64,000 bases of DNA from Parcubacteria group bacterium GW2011_GWC1_36_108. Its GTDB lineage: Bacteria; Patescibacteriota; Minisyncoccia; Moranbacterales; GWC2-37-73. Positions within the stretch are counted from its first letter, which is position 1; every line of letters starts with the position of its first letter. Of the stretch, positions 27,101 through 38,987 are shown piece by piece. The notes beneath the pieces are model-generated. The model had not been told where the DNA came from. It saw only the letters and a list, made by a program, of their open reading frames with translations, and searched no databases. The stretch is from assembly GCA_000991245.1 (NCBI GenBank), contig LBRD01000008.1, positions 1,686 to 65,685 of the forward strand. The letters run 5' to 3'. The position numbers and the translations under genes are program-made.

Positions 27101-29027
27101 GTGAAGTTGAAAGAAATGGATGAGCGCTTCCAGCAACTGATCCCCAGGTTGGAACTCCACCAACGATTGTTAGTGCTTGACCATTAGCTCCGATTGCACG
27201 ACGCGAAAAAGTATTGCCACTGGAATAATACAATATATCACCAGCACTGTATGTTGAAAGTCCGGTGCCACCATTAGCAATTGTCAGTGGCGAAGTAAGA
27301 GAAAGAGAAGCAAAAGTAGCATCAGCCGTGGTTGAAATATTTTGCGGAAGAGAAATAGTAATAACACCAGTATTAGCTGAGGCGGTTATTTGATTTGCTG
27401 TTCCATTAAGCTGCGTTACTCCCGTATTTGCAATACTAATTGTTCCAGGCCCATTAGTAACAGAAATTCCAGTGCTACCACTCAATGTTGCCAAAGAATA
27501 ATTTGTTCCATTTCCGATTAATAATTGTCCACTGGCAGGCGCAGTAGAAAGTCCAGTTCCACCTTTTGCAATTCCCAAAATAGCAAGTTCCGTTAAAGTG
27601 TTTCCTGCTCCCCAAACTGCCAAATTATTTTGTGTTCCACTTCCCGTCACACCTCCTGCGCCCAAAACTGAAACCCAACTTGGCAAATGAGTAATCGGAT
27701 CAATCATTAAAACTTTACTATCAGCACCAACATTAGAAAGCTTGCTAAGCGTGTTTGCTGCACTGGAATAAAGCAGGTCTCCAGCAGCATAAGTATTTAT
27801 CCCAGTTCCGCCACGCACAGCGCTGATTGTGCCACCATTCCAAACACTGGCAGCGTTTGCAAAATTCCAAGCGCCAGTTATAACTTCATTTTGATTTTTT
27901 CTTGTAATACCAGAATTAGCATAATCAATTCCTATTGTTGCGATATTGCTAGCCAAACTAAAAGTAAAATCGCTAGTTCCATTAAATGCCAGGGTGTTAA
28001 AATTGATTTCCTCAATTGCTTCCTCGCCGTTTACTTTGATGACAGCCATTGATGCCCCAACAAAATTAGAGCATTTCCAAACCTTAGCACCATTGTCCCA
28101 ACTTAAAACCTGACTATTGGCACATCCTTGAAGCAATGTTAGTTGATCTGAAGAATCTCCCGCAAATTCAAGCCCTGAAAATGATTGGGTTGTTGCTGTT
28201 GTTCCATTTGCAGCGTTCAAAATATCAGCTATTCCTAAATTTGAAAAATTAACACCATTATTCGAATACTGCCAACTTCCCAAAGCTCCATTAAATCTAA
28301 TCGTAGGTTTGTTCAGAGCATTTCCAACTGCCAAATCAAAATTATTTCCAGCAAGTTCACCACCTGAACCAATATTAAAAACTAGATTTGTGCTGCCAGT
28401 ATCAGTGTTTTGCAAATGAATATCATCAATATTGCTAAAACGTGAATCGTTACCTAAAACCAATTGATTGCTGCCAGTTCCCGTTGGCAACATCTTGATG
28501 TCTATTTTACCTTTTGCTCCAAGTTGCGGGATATTACCTTCACTTGTTCCCAAGGTTGCACCGCCAAGAGCAGCTGAATCCATAGCAAGAGCAACTGAAC
28601 TCATTTTTTTGCGAGGAACAAATTCACTATCGGAGTTCATTCTGATTCCAAGATAATATTCGTTGTTAGAAAAATTCAAATCAGCAGGAAGAGGAACAAC
28701 TGCACCAAGATATGCACTCAAAACTCCATCGCGAATATAAATTTTCTGTGTCTCTTGCCAAGCTCTTTGAGAAGCGTCGCTATCAGATGGATATGGATCG
28801 GTGCTACTTCGATCAGTTCGATACAAAGCAAAACGAATTTCATATTCTCCATTTTGCAAAGATTCATTTTTTTCATTAGAAACAAAAGCTGAAATATTTA
28901 TTTGTGGTGCAATCTGAGCGCGAGAAAATTTAAAACCAAATGCAAGCAATGCAAAAGCAAAAAAAGATATTAGCGCTATTGAAATTTTATTTTTATTATT
29001 ACTCATTATCAGAAAAATAATACCCAC
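21156..29027 (-). CDS. Giant surface protein (2623 aa) with an N-terminal signal/TM, repeated GGTG-motif fibre-like repeats (similar to phage tail-fibre repeats), and a C-terminal coiled-coil plus beta-rich domain
   Basis: N-terminus MSNNKNKISIALISFFAFALLAFGFKFSRAQ. Repeats contain LPVANGGTGAGAFTPGSLVFAGASGIYSEDNSNLFWDN, ANGGTGLSTY and VAVANGGTGATDAATARTNLGLA. Long near-identical internal DNA repeats occur, e.g. ~22580-22760 versus ~23420-23600. The C-terminus has ~150 aa of heptad-rich coiled coil. Confidence 0.8.
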   Translation of the reverse strand: MGIIFLIMSNNKNKISIALISFFAFALLAFGFKFSRAQIAPQINISAFVSNEKNESLQNGEYEIRFALYRTDRSSTDPYPSDSDASQRAWQETQKIYIRDGVLSAYLGAVVPLPADLNFSNNEYYLGIRMNSDSEFVPRKKMSSVALAMDSAALGGATLGTSEGNIPQLGAKGKIDIKMLPTGTGSNQLVLGNDSRFSNIDDIHLQNTDTGSTNLVFNIGSGGELAGNNFDLAVGNALNKPTIRFNGALGSWQYSNNGVNFSNLGIADILNAANGTTATTQSFSGLEFAGDSSDQLTLLQGCANSQVLSWDNGAKVWKCSNFVGASMAVIKVNGEEAIEEINFNTLAFNGTSDFTFSLASNIATIGIDYANSGITRKNQNEVITGAWNFANAASVWNGGTISAVRGGTGINTYAAGDLLYSSAANTLSKLSNVGADSKVLMIDPITHLPSWVSVLGAGGVTGSGTQNNLAVWGAGNTLTELAILGIAKGGTGLSTAPASGQLLIGNGTNYSLATLSGSTGISVTNGPGTISIANTGVTQLNGTANQITASANTGVITISLPQNISTTADATFASLSLTSPLTIANGGTGLSTYSAGDILYYSSGNTFSRRAIGANGQALTIVGGVPTWGSVAGSAHPFLSTSHSDTTAAAVTRGAIIAGQGVSPTWSLLGPGTSGQLLKSNGAGADLVWVTLTKSDIGLGSVEDIALSTWAGSTNITTLGTIATGTWNATAIADNKIASALTGKTYNGLTVTANGTNTLNIAAGQTLTVTTGGTLGTAAYTAASSYAPAFSSSTANFFWAAPNGSAGMPTMRAIAVADVPTLNQNTTGNAATATNLTGMTATVANLNSVTGLLGTAAFTASTAYATSAQGTLATNALPSASFTDIAVTGKLLTNYVSGAGTIAATDSILQAIQKLNGNIVANGNGTVTTVSVTTANGISGTVANATTTPAITLTLGSITPSTVNGLTLASAADGFTIAGGTSSRTLTISGANVSINQNLQTTSSPTFAGTTIDGALNIKSGTYKTAFQNSGTQAGDIAYTLPTAAGSSGQVLKIDASSNLYWGTVEGGSGGIGTVTNVASGNGLTGGPITETGTLSIALLSANGGTASTSSFSGMQFSGALNNQLSLLQGCANNEVLAWDNTGKDWQCSTVSGVGGITGTGVNGYVTYWTGTNTLGNEQYLNVSRGGTGAGTFTAGSLVFAGASGIYSEDNDNLFWDNTNKRLGIGTITPGAKLSFGNYTGGAAVNIYGTLPTMKMGIGTPDAFNYQFFGHQLTKFTFNRGGDLQAAGANELMVIDADTGNVGIGDSSPASMLTVGNNDLFQVNTSGQVIAGIWQGTAINDTYISSSSNWNTAYGWGDHASEGYLTSFSETDPIFVASAANGITGTNITNWNSAYGWGDHASAGYITASSTDTLTNKSGNISMWTNDSGYITSASVHDQVTLAGENYLSIIDQQITAGAINLASSNVSGILPVANGGTGAGAFTPGSLVFAGASGIYSEDNSNLFWDNIAKRLGIGTATLNEALEVDGNINVNGSIFKTGSQLSIGNTLAGSGVRLLTGSGSDILFQSSRYTVVNQGNFGIGDNTPASLFTVGTNDAFQVNASGQVVAGAWQGSAIGAQYGGTGVNGASAASGTLLIGNGAGYDLATLTASTGISITNGAGSISIANSGVTSLAGTANQVAVSAANGAVTISLPQTINTTSDVAFNSLTLSTALGAQYGGTGYASYSIGDMLYADTTSTLGKITRGSDGQVLTLVAGVPTWSSTAIHSSATIAGENYLSLSGQEITANAINLASTNVTGILPVTSGGSGTLTQFTQGSLIFAGASGIYDQNNANLYWDNTNNYFRLGAGAQQFSMGVDATDSSKFKIATGSGIAGTGQFTIDTNGVTNIASLQLGAQSFAENSGAISWTDMPVTSAATNGTVESYGAMLDGNVMLTIYGTSSGDGNTSNLAVKMGAKLGLIETGTTPTYYSYLQGGDQAADITYTLPTASTNGLLKNTAGVWSWDATAYLSGTVAVANGGTGATDAATARTNLGLAIGTNVQGYNAELAAIAGGTWTGASSITTLGTITTGVWNGTAIDVTHGGTGSTTQFTQGSLVFAGASGIYDQNNANLYWDNTNNYFRLGAGAQQFSMGVDVTDSNKFKIFAGNGIAGTSQFSIDTSGVTSIGSLSIGTQEFSADSGIISWIDMAVTTASTVGVVNSYTASLDGNAMLTLYGTSDGAGGMNALGVGIGTTTPGYILDVQHASSKINSKNGYLTNGADYAEYFYTKDIDLQSGEVVCVDVTNANSVERCTRSGDNNVMGIVSSNPSIVGNGNGTERDNDPNYKIIGMLGQVPGKVSTENGVIQIGDNLTAAESAGYLRKANAGESTVGVAIQSFAGEKGTIQVLISRRNQSLTVEKVEEAVTLNIASMNIQDQVNQLVAVAKTSLDAQLANTDQILKQVQNDNLNILNSLNSLTSLAETLQDQMTELQIKANSELNIAQIDLNTQDIALIKMLLGVGQGEDIGDIAIAGKLTVKSLETGKLIVSVLDPEARTIGDASITLIKKDLDGDGKDDDTKSDGKTFFVKTKAANISSKVFITPKVALDQGIAVTEVKFGEGFTVSVKNLVTEDVSFDWIIMEEKL

Positions 29028-29087
29028 CCCTTTTATGTTTAAAAAACTTTTTCTCCAGACTTTACAACCTTATAACTTTATAACTTT

Positions 29088-29936
29088 TTACTTCTTCAGA
29101 GCCCAACCAAAAATACTTTCCATTTCACTAGAAATCAATTCAATCACTGATACCGGTTTTGAACCTGTATAAACGGCAATCGCATCAGAAACAGAAACAT
29201 TGCCACTCCTATCAGTAACACTAACCGTAAAAACATATCTGGTAGCTTGCTCAAGATTATTCAAAACCAATGCATGTGAAAATCCATATCCATATTCTTT
29301 GATGTTTTTTTCTGCCCCTTTTCCATCTTTAGCATATTTAACTTCGGATTTTGCCAATTTGTTTGTTTTCCAAGAAATAAGCACCTGCATTTTTTTTCCA
29401 TCTTTTGTCATAAGCATTTCACTGCGAACATCCATTGCTTTTAGTGGTAATGCTTCTGTCTCAGCAGCCAGCACGATGTTTGCACCACCGATTGCAATGT
29501 CTTTGATTTTATAATTCTCACTCTTTCCTGCGATGCCTTTTAAATCATCGCCTGCAACAACGACAGCATTTTGCTCTTTGCTCACATTTCCAGATTCATT
29601 AACAAAAATATGATCTTCGTTTTTTGGTATTTCCATTTGCACCTGTTGTTTTACTGCGCTTGATTGCTGGGCGTTTTTATTTCTAAAATATACAGCTGCA
29701 CTTGCAGCAATCATCATCAATAACAAAAATGAAATGCCCGCAATTTTTAAAACTTTTTTCTTAAGTTCCATTTTTTTACTAAAAGCTTGAAATTTCAATT
29801 CTGCTTGATTATTCTCAACACCAAAATGAGCATCCTTGCCAACTGGAACACTCTCAATATTTTCAACTATTTTTGGTTGTTTTTTTTCTTTTTCCTTTTT
29901 CAATTTTTTACATTTTTCCGAATAAAAATTGAACAC
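29088..29936 (-). CDS. Membrane-anchored protein with a C-terminal FN3/Ig-like beta-sandwich; its C-terminal tail is homologous to the tail of the 61928.. ORF
   Basis: TM segment IAGISFLLLMMIAASAAVYF. The C-terminus …ATRYVFTVSVTDRSGNVSVSDAIAVYTG…SEMESIFGWALKK parallels …GTVYNFKVKSIDASGNEAISNDFALLTP…FTEIFGWAKF. Confidence 0.55.
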   Translation of the reverse strand: MFNFYSEKCKKLKKEKEKKQPKIVENIESVPVGKDAHFGVENNQAELKFQAFSKKMELKKKVLKIAGISFLLLMMIAASAAVYFRNKNAQQSSAVKQQVQMEIPKNEDHIFVNESGNVSKEQNAVVVAGDDLKGIAGKSENYKIKDIAIGGANIVLAAETEALPLKAMDVRSEMLMTKDGKKMQVLISWKTNKLAKSEVKYAKDGKGAEKNIKEYGYGFSHALVLNNLEQATRYVFTVSVTDRSGNVSVSDAIAVYTGSKPVSVIELISSEMESIFGWALKK

Positions 29937-30059
29937 AAATATCTAACTAAATTATACTATTTTTTCCCGTTTTAGACAACAATTTAATATTTCAATTTTT
30001 GGCTTAAAAAAAGCAAATTTTAACAAAAATAAAAAGTTATCCACACCCATATTTGCCAA

Positions 30060-30086
30060 ATAAAAAATCCCGACAAAATGCCGGGA
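30060..30086. terminator. Bidirectional rho-independent terminator (hairpin tcccgacaaaatgccggga with A-run upstream and T-run downstream) 3' of gyrB
   Basis: aaaaaatcccgacaaaatgccgggattttttt. Confidence 0.6.
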
Positions 30087-30161
30087 TTTTTTTGAAAATT
30101 TTTGAGTTTTATTTTTGCTTTTTATTGATATCAAACAAACCAAGCCTACAACACAATAACT

Positions 30162-30279
30162 TGTCATCTTGAGCGGAATTGAGACCGATAGGTCGAAATG
30201 AAGTCGAAAGATCTGGGCTCAGATTCTTCGATTCCGCAGCTTCTCCCTAGGGTCGAAGCTGCTACACTCAGAATGACAT
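30162..30279. repeat. Structured ~118-nt element (copy A) of the TGTCAT…ATGACA family
   Basis: tgtcatcttgagcg…agtcgaaagatctg…gctgct…ctcagaatgaca shares termini and two 14-nt blocks with copy B at 42084-42173. Confidence 0.6.
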
Positions 30280-30308
30280 ACTGACAGTAATTTAGTTAAT
30301 TCAGTATT

Positions 30309-32408
<2,100 letters not shown>

Positions 32409-32580
32409 TTAAATTTATTTTCATTAATTAATTTTATTCAATAAATCTCAATGTCAAAATCCAAATATCCAATAAATGTCCTAAGTCCAAATGAAAAAAA
32501 TTTAGTCATTAAGATTTTGGATTTTGTTTGACATTTGACATTGAGATTTTGGATTTATTATCCAAATATATTTCACAAAC

Positions 32581-32955
32581 CTATTTTTTTGTCAGGAAGT
32601 ACAATTCTACCAAAAATATTCCTGCTACCGCCAGTGCTCCATCCCACCAGGTCAAAATGCGATATTGTTGTAAAATCAGCAACAGGCACAAAAGTATCGC
32701 AATCAATATTCCCTGTCTAAAACTAATCCCGATGTGTGCAAGAGCATTGTCCTCACTTCCGCTAACTTTTTTGCGCATCCATGTGAAAAAAAGAATGAAC
32801 ACTCCAGAAAAAAACAGTAGCGCGCTGATAAAAAAAAGGAGTTGCCCAGCAGCGCCAGTTTTTTGCGGATCCATTTGTATTATAACCAAAATCCAAGCCG
32901 CAAATGAAATCGCCGTGGAGATTCTTATTCCCCAAAGATACGATGTTAACGTCAT
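32581..32955 (-). CDS. Small integral membrane protein (4 TM), unknown function
   Basis: 124-aa hydrophobic ORF; no known motifs. Confidence 0.4.
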   Translation of the reverse strand: MTLTSYLWGIRISTAISFAAWILVIIQMDPQKTGAAGQLLFFISALLFFSGVFILFFTWMRKKVSGSEDNALAHIGISFRQGILIAILLCLLLILQQYRILTWWDGALAVAGIFLVELYFLTKK

Positions 32956-33105
32956 ATTTTTGTTTTTATTGAAAACACTACTTATTCATTATAGCGGAAA
33001 ATAGCTGGCAAGGCAAGCAAAAAGTTACTTTTTCAACTGTTTGACAATACTAAAAAAATGCGTATAATAAAAAGGTGCTAATATCTACCTATCATTATCA
33101 AATAT

Positions 33106-33179
33106 AGCGGGATGGAGCAGTCTGGCAGCTCGCGTGGCTCATAACCACGAGGTCGTAGGTTCAAATCCTACTCCCGCAA
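33106..33179 (+). tRNA. tRNA-Met (anticodon CAT), initiator-like
   Basis: Cloverleaf with anticodon loop CTCATAA. It closely matches the E. coli tRNA-fMet body, with a 1:72 mismatch and an A11:U24 pair. Confidence 0.8.
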
Positions 33180-33265
33180 CAAGAGTTAACTGACAACTTA
33201 TAACTCACAACCTATAACAAAAACTCACAGTTGTTTGTGGTTAGTTGTAAGTTGTTTGTTTGATT

Positions 33266-33339
33266 GGCAGGGTAGCTCAGCTGGTTAGAGCACAGCCTTC
33301 ATAAGGCTGGGGTCGCGGGTCCGAGTCCCGCCCCTGCTA
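33266..33339 (+). tRNA. tRNA with CAT anticodon (elongator Met, or Ile2/lysidine type)
   Basis: Acceptor ggcaggg/ccctgct, anticodon arm cagcc-ttcataa-ggctg, T-arm gcggg-tccgagt-cccgc. Confidence 0.8.
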
Positions 33340-33366
33340 CAGGTTTTAAAAAATGAAAATATTTCT

Positions 33367-33450
33367 GGGGTCGTAGCTCAGCTGGTTAGAGCGATTGCCT
33401 GTCACGCAATAGGTCGTGGGTTCGAGTCCCATCGGCCCCGCAGAAATTTA
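33367..33450 (+). tRNA. tRNA-Asp (anticodon GTC)
   Basis: Acceptor ggggtcg/cggcccc, anticodon arm attgc-ctgtcac-gcaat, T-arm gtggg-ttcgagt-cccat. Confidence 0.8.
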
Positions 33451-33503
33451 AAACAACATCCGCAAGGATGTTGTTTTTATTTTACTTTTAAATTTTTGAT
33501 GTT

Positions 33504-34037
33504 TCAATCCAGAAATTCGAGATATTTCAAGAAGTTCTCATACACGCCAATTACGGCCACAGCCATACGCTGATCAATGACAAAATCTGCTTCGTGCACA
33601 ATTTGATTTCTGATTTTATGAGCACCTATCAATGATTCCAAGTGATCGTCAAGATGGGCAGCACTAACCTGCTCAAGTTTTTCAGACATATTGGCGCCCT
33701 TATATCCAATGCCGGACAATATTTCATCAGCAATCGCATCAGCTTCAATAATTGCAACTTTGTATTGCGAAGTATTTTCATCCTTAAGCCTGCTTTTAAC
33801 TTTGTCCCAACGCTTTTGCATTTTGCTTTTTGAAGCCAGTGGAATGTCCATACCTTTAAGACCAACACGAAGATGTTGTGGCACATCGCGCAAAATAAGC
33901 ATCAAAACAATATCAATAAACAAAACCAACAAATAAATAGCTAGGAATATCTTCAACACCAAAACAAACGGAGAATAATAAAAATTCTTCAGCACTTCCA
34001 GCAAAACTACAATAAAATTTTCTATATCGTAAAACAT
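33504..34037 (-). CDS. Hypothetical membrane protein (N-terminal TM helices plus soluble C-terminal domain)
   Basis: 177-aa ORF; no recognisable catalytic motifs. Confidence 0.4.
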   Translation of the reverse strand: MFYDIENFIVVLLEVLKNFYYSPFVLVLKIFLAIYLLVLFIDIVLMLILRDVPQHLRVGLKGMDIPLASKSKMQKRWDKVKSRLKDENTSQYKVAIIEADAIADEILSGIGYKGANMSEKLEQVSAAHLDDHLESLIGAHKIRNQIVHEADFVIDQRMAVAVIGVYENFLKYLEFLD

Positions 34038-34193
34038 AAGGCTGCAGCAATTTCAAATTAAAAATTTCAAATTTCAAATCAATGCCTAATTTCCAATGCA
34101 TTATTTTTTTAATTTCAGCATTTAGATTTTATTTGGAATTTGACATTTGGATTTTGACATTTAAAAAATAACAAACGCAAACAATTTTTACTT

Positions 34194-35654
34194 TTATTTT
34201 TTAGTGTTTATCTCGTAAGTGTGTGCGCAATTAAGCATTCCTTCTTCATCGAACCATTTTCCCATCAATTGTCCGCCGACTGGCAATTCTTTGCCATCAG
34301 TTGCGATAGCGCCAATTGGAAATGAAATTGCAGGCACACCAGCCAAATTTGCAGTTATTGTAAAAATATCAGACAAATACATCTTGAGAGGATCAGCTGA
34401 TTTTTCACCAATTTTAAAGGCAACTTCCGGTGCTGTCGGAGAATAAATAAAATCCACAGTTTTGAAAGCATTCTCAAAATCTCTGCGAATAAGCGCGCGA
34501 ACCTTTTGCGCTTTCAAATAATATGCATCATAATATCCAGCACTAAGCGCATACGTTCCAAGCATAATTCTTCTTTTCACTTCATCGCCAAATCCAATTT
34601 TACGCGTGTCCAAATATGTTTCTAGCAATTTTTTTGGCAACGCATTTTCATTAATATCAGAATCGACATTATCATCAGAGCGCATACCAAATTTAATCCC
34701 ATCAAATTTTGCCAAATTGGAACTAACTTCGCTCGTCATAATAATGTAATACGTTGGCAATGCATATTCACTGTGCGGCAAACTTATTGTTTCAATTTTA
34801 GCACCAAGCGTCCTGAATTTTTCAAGAGATTTTTCAAAAATATTTTTTATTTCGCCTTCCAAGCTTTCAACATATTCTTTTGGCACACCAATTACTTTTC
34901 CTGAAATATCTCCAGTTAAATAATCTTCATATTTTTTATCACTGCTTTTAGCGCTTGTTGCGTCAAGCAAGTCCTGTCCAGAAATTCGAGACAAAATAAT
35001 TGCAACATCTTCAACTCTTTTTGCAATCGGTCCTATTTGATCCAAACTTGAAGCCATTGCAATCGCTCCACTTCTTGAAACTCTTCCATACGTAGGCTTG
35101 AGTCCCACCACTCCGCAAAAAGAAGCTGGTTGCCTGATTGAACCACCCGTATCAGTTCCTAGCGACCAAACCGCCTGCCCAGCAGCCACGCTGGCAACAC
35201 TTCCACCAGAAGAGCCACCGGCCACACGAGAAGTGTCCACTGGATTTTTTGTAATTTTATACGCACTGTTTTCAGTTGAAGACCCCATTGCAAATTCATC
35301 CAGATTGGTTTTTCCCAAAATCACAGCGCCACATTCTTTCAATTTTCTAATCACAGTTGCGTCATATGGCGCAATATAATTGTCCAAAATTTTTGAGGCT
35401 GCTGTGGTTCGCACACCATCAACACAAATATTGTCCTTGATCGCACAAGGAATTCCTTCGATTAAATCAATCTCTTCTCCTTTGGCAATTTTCTCATCAA
35501 CAAACTGAGCCTGCTGCATTGCAAGTTTTTTTGTGAGAGTTAAATATGCACCAATTTCAGCGTCATTCTTTTCAATAACATCAAAATACTGCTCAGTCAG
35601 TTGAACAGAGGTTATTTCTTTGTTTATTAATTTTTGATGTAAATCTCTGATCAT
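34194..35654 (-). CDS. gatA: Glu-tRNA(Gln)/Asp-tRNA(Asn) amidotransferase subunit A; start probably at MIRDLHQKL
   Basis: Amidase signature GGSSGGSVASVAAGQA, a catalytic Ser/Lys context and C-terminal GatA homology. The ORF is open to 35690 through a heptamer-repeat leader. Confidence 0.9.
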   Translation of the reverse strand: MIRDLHQKLINKEITSVQLTEQYFDVIEKNDAEIGAYLTLTKKLAMQQAQFVDEKIAKGEEIDLIEGIPCAIKDNICVDGVRTTAASKILDNYIAPYDATVIRKLKECGAVILGKTNLDEFAMGSSTENSAYKITKNPVDTSRVAGGSSGGSVASVAAGQAVWSLGTDTGGSIRQPASFCGVVGLKPTYGRVSRSGAIAMASSLDQIGPIAKRVEDVAIILSRISGQDLLDATSAKSSDKKYEDYLTGDISGKVIGVPKEYVESLEGEIKNIFEKSLEKFRTLGAKIETISLPHSEYALPTYYIIMTSEVSSNLAKFDGIKFGMRSDDNVDSDINENALPKKLLETYLDTRKIGFGDEVKRRIMLGTYALSAGYYDAYYLKAQKVRALIRRDFENAFKTVDFIYSPTAPEVAFKIGEKSADPLKMYLSDIFTITANLAGVPAISFPIGAIATDGKELPVGGQLMGKWFDEEGMLNCAHTYEINTKK

Positions 35655-35680
35655 GAAACATGTAACATGTAACATGTAAC
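35652..35680. repeat. Heptanucleotide tandem repeat (catg[a/t]aa ×4) overlapping and immediately 5' of the gatA start codon
   Basis: catgaaa-catgtaa-catgtaa-catgtaa on the + strand equals ttacatg repeats on the coding strand, each unit containing an ATG. Confidence 0.7.
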
Positions 35681-35731
35681 AAAAATTCAAAATGCATTCT
35701 TGTTATATGCTATATGTTTTATGTTATATGC

Positions 35732-36019
35732 TTAAAGCACGCTTTTTACCTTTATAAATCCTTCTTTAACCTCTGGTACATTTTTCATAATTTCTTCCTT
35801 GCCCAGCTCCCCAAAATCAAAATGCTCGTCACTGCGGAAAGTGTTTTGCATTCCTGTAATATGTCCAATTGGCTCCACGCCAGTAACATCAACTTCATCC
35901 AATTTTTTAAAATAATCCAAAATCTCAGATAAATCATGCTGATATTTTTCCACGTCTTGCTCGCTCACACCAATTCGCGCAAGAGTAGCAATATGTAATA
36001 TTTCTTCTTTTGATAACAT
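35732..36019 (-). CDS. gatC: Glu-tRNA(Gln)/Asp-tRNA(Asn) amidotransferase subunit C
   Basis: MLSKEEILHIATLARIGVSEQDVEKYQHDLSEILDYF…; ~95 aa, GatC family. Confidence 0.85.
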   Translation of the reverse strand: MLSKEEILHIATLARIGVSEQDVEKYQHDLSEILDYFKKLDEVDVTGVEPIGHITGMQNTFRSDEHFDFGELGKEEIMKNVPEVKEGFIKVKSVL

Positions 36020-36121
36020 AGTATGATACAAATTATGCTAATTAATACGAATGACGCAAATATGCAAATGATTCGCATCATTCGTGTATTCGCGTATTAG
36101 CATAAGATTCGCGTATTCGTA

Positions 36122-38428
<2,307 letters not shown>

Positions 38429-38980
38429 TTACTGTCTAAGCGAAACGGTGGTTTGCATTTTAGCAGCATTACCACCATACGCATCTGCCGTTATTGAAAT
38501 TTTCCCAAAAACTGGATTCATTGGATCTGTTATGTCCGTTGGCACGCCAGAAAATGAAAAACTTGAAAGTTCATTTGGCGCAGTAAGCGATGTGAATGAC
38601 GCTGCTGATGGATTAGTATCACAATCAGTGATAACTGTGCCAGCAGCAGTAAAAACTTTTAACAGTCCATCAGTATCATATTTATAAGTAACACACAAGG
38701 ATCTCGAATTATCAAACATTGTTATTTGATTTACTCCAGCATAAGAAGTTGGCGCCGACGGAAAAACACTACTCCTGATTGTTTTTGCCATCATATTTAT
38801 GACATATTGCGCACTTTCCATACCTCTTTGAGTTTTTTTAACATTTGCATAATTTTTTAGCAATGAAGAAAAAGACCCCATCAACATAACGATGATGAAA
38901 GAAAAAACAAGCAGCGCAATCAGAGTTTCAACCAATGAAAAACCTTTTTTCTTTTTTATATTTTTATTCAACATATTCAA
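38429..38980 (-). CDS. Prepilin-type N-terminal cleavage/methylation-domain protein (minor pilin/pseudopilin)
   Basis: N-terminus …KKKGFSLVETLIALLVFSFIIV (class III signal). Confidence 0.75.
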   Translation of the reverse strand: MNMLNKNIKKKKGFSLVETLIALLVFSFIIVMLMGSFSSLLKNYANVKKTQRGMESAQYVINMMAKTIRSSVFPSAPTSYAGVNQITMFDNSRSLCVTYKYDTDGLLKVFTAAGTVITDCDTNPSAASFTSLTAPNELSSFSFSGVPTDITDPMNPVFGKISITADAYGGNAAKMQTTVSLRQ

Positions 38981-38987
38981 GATATTT

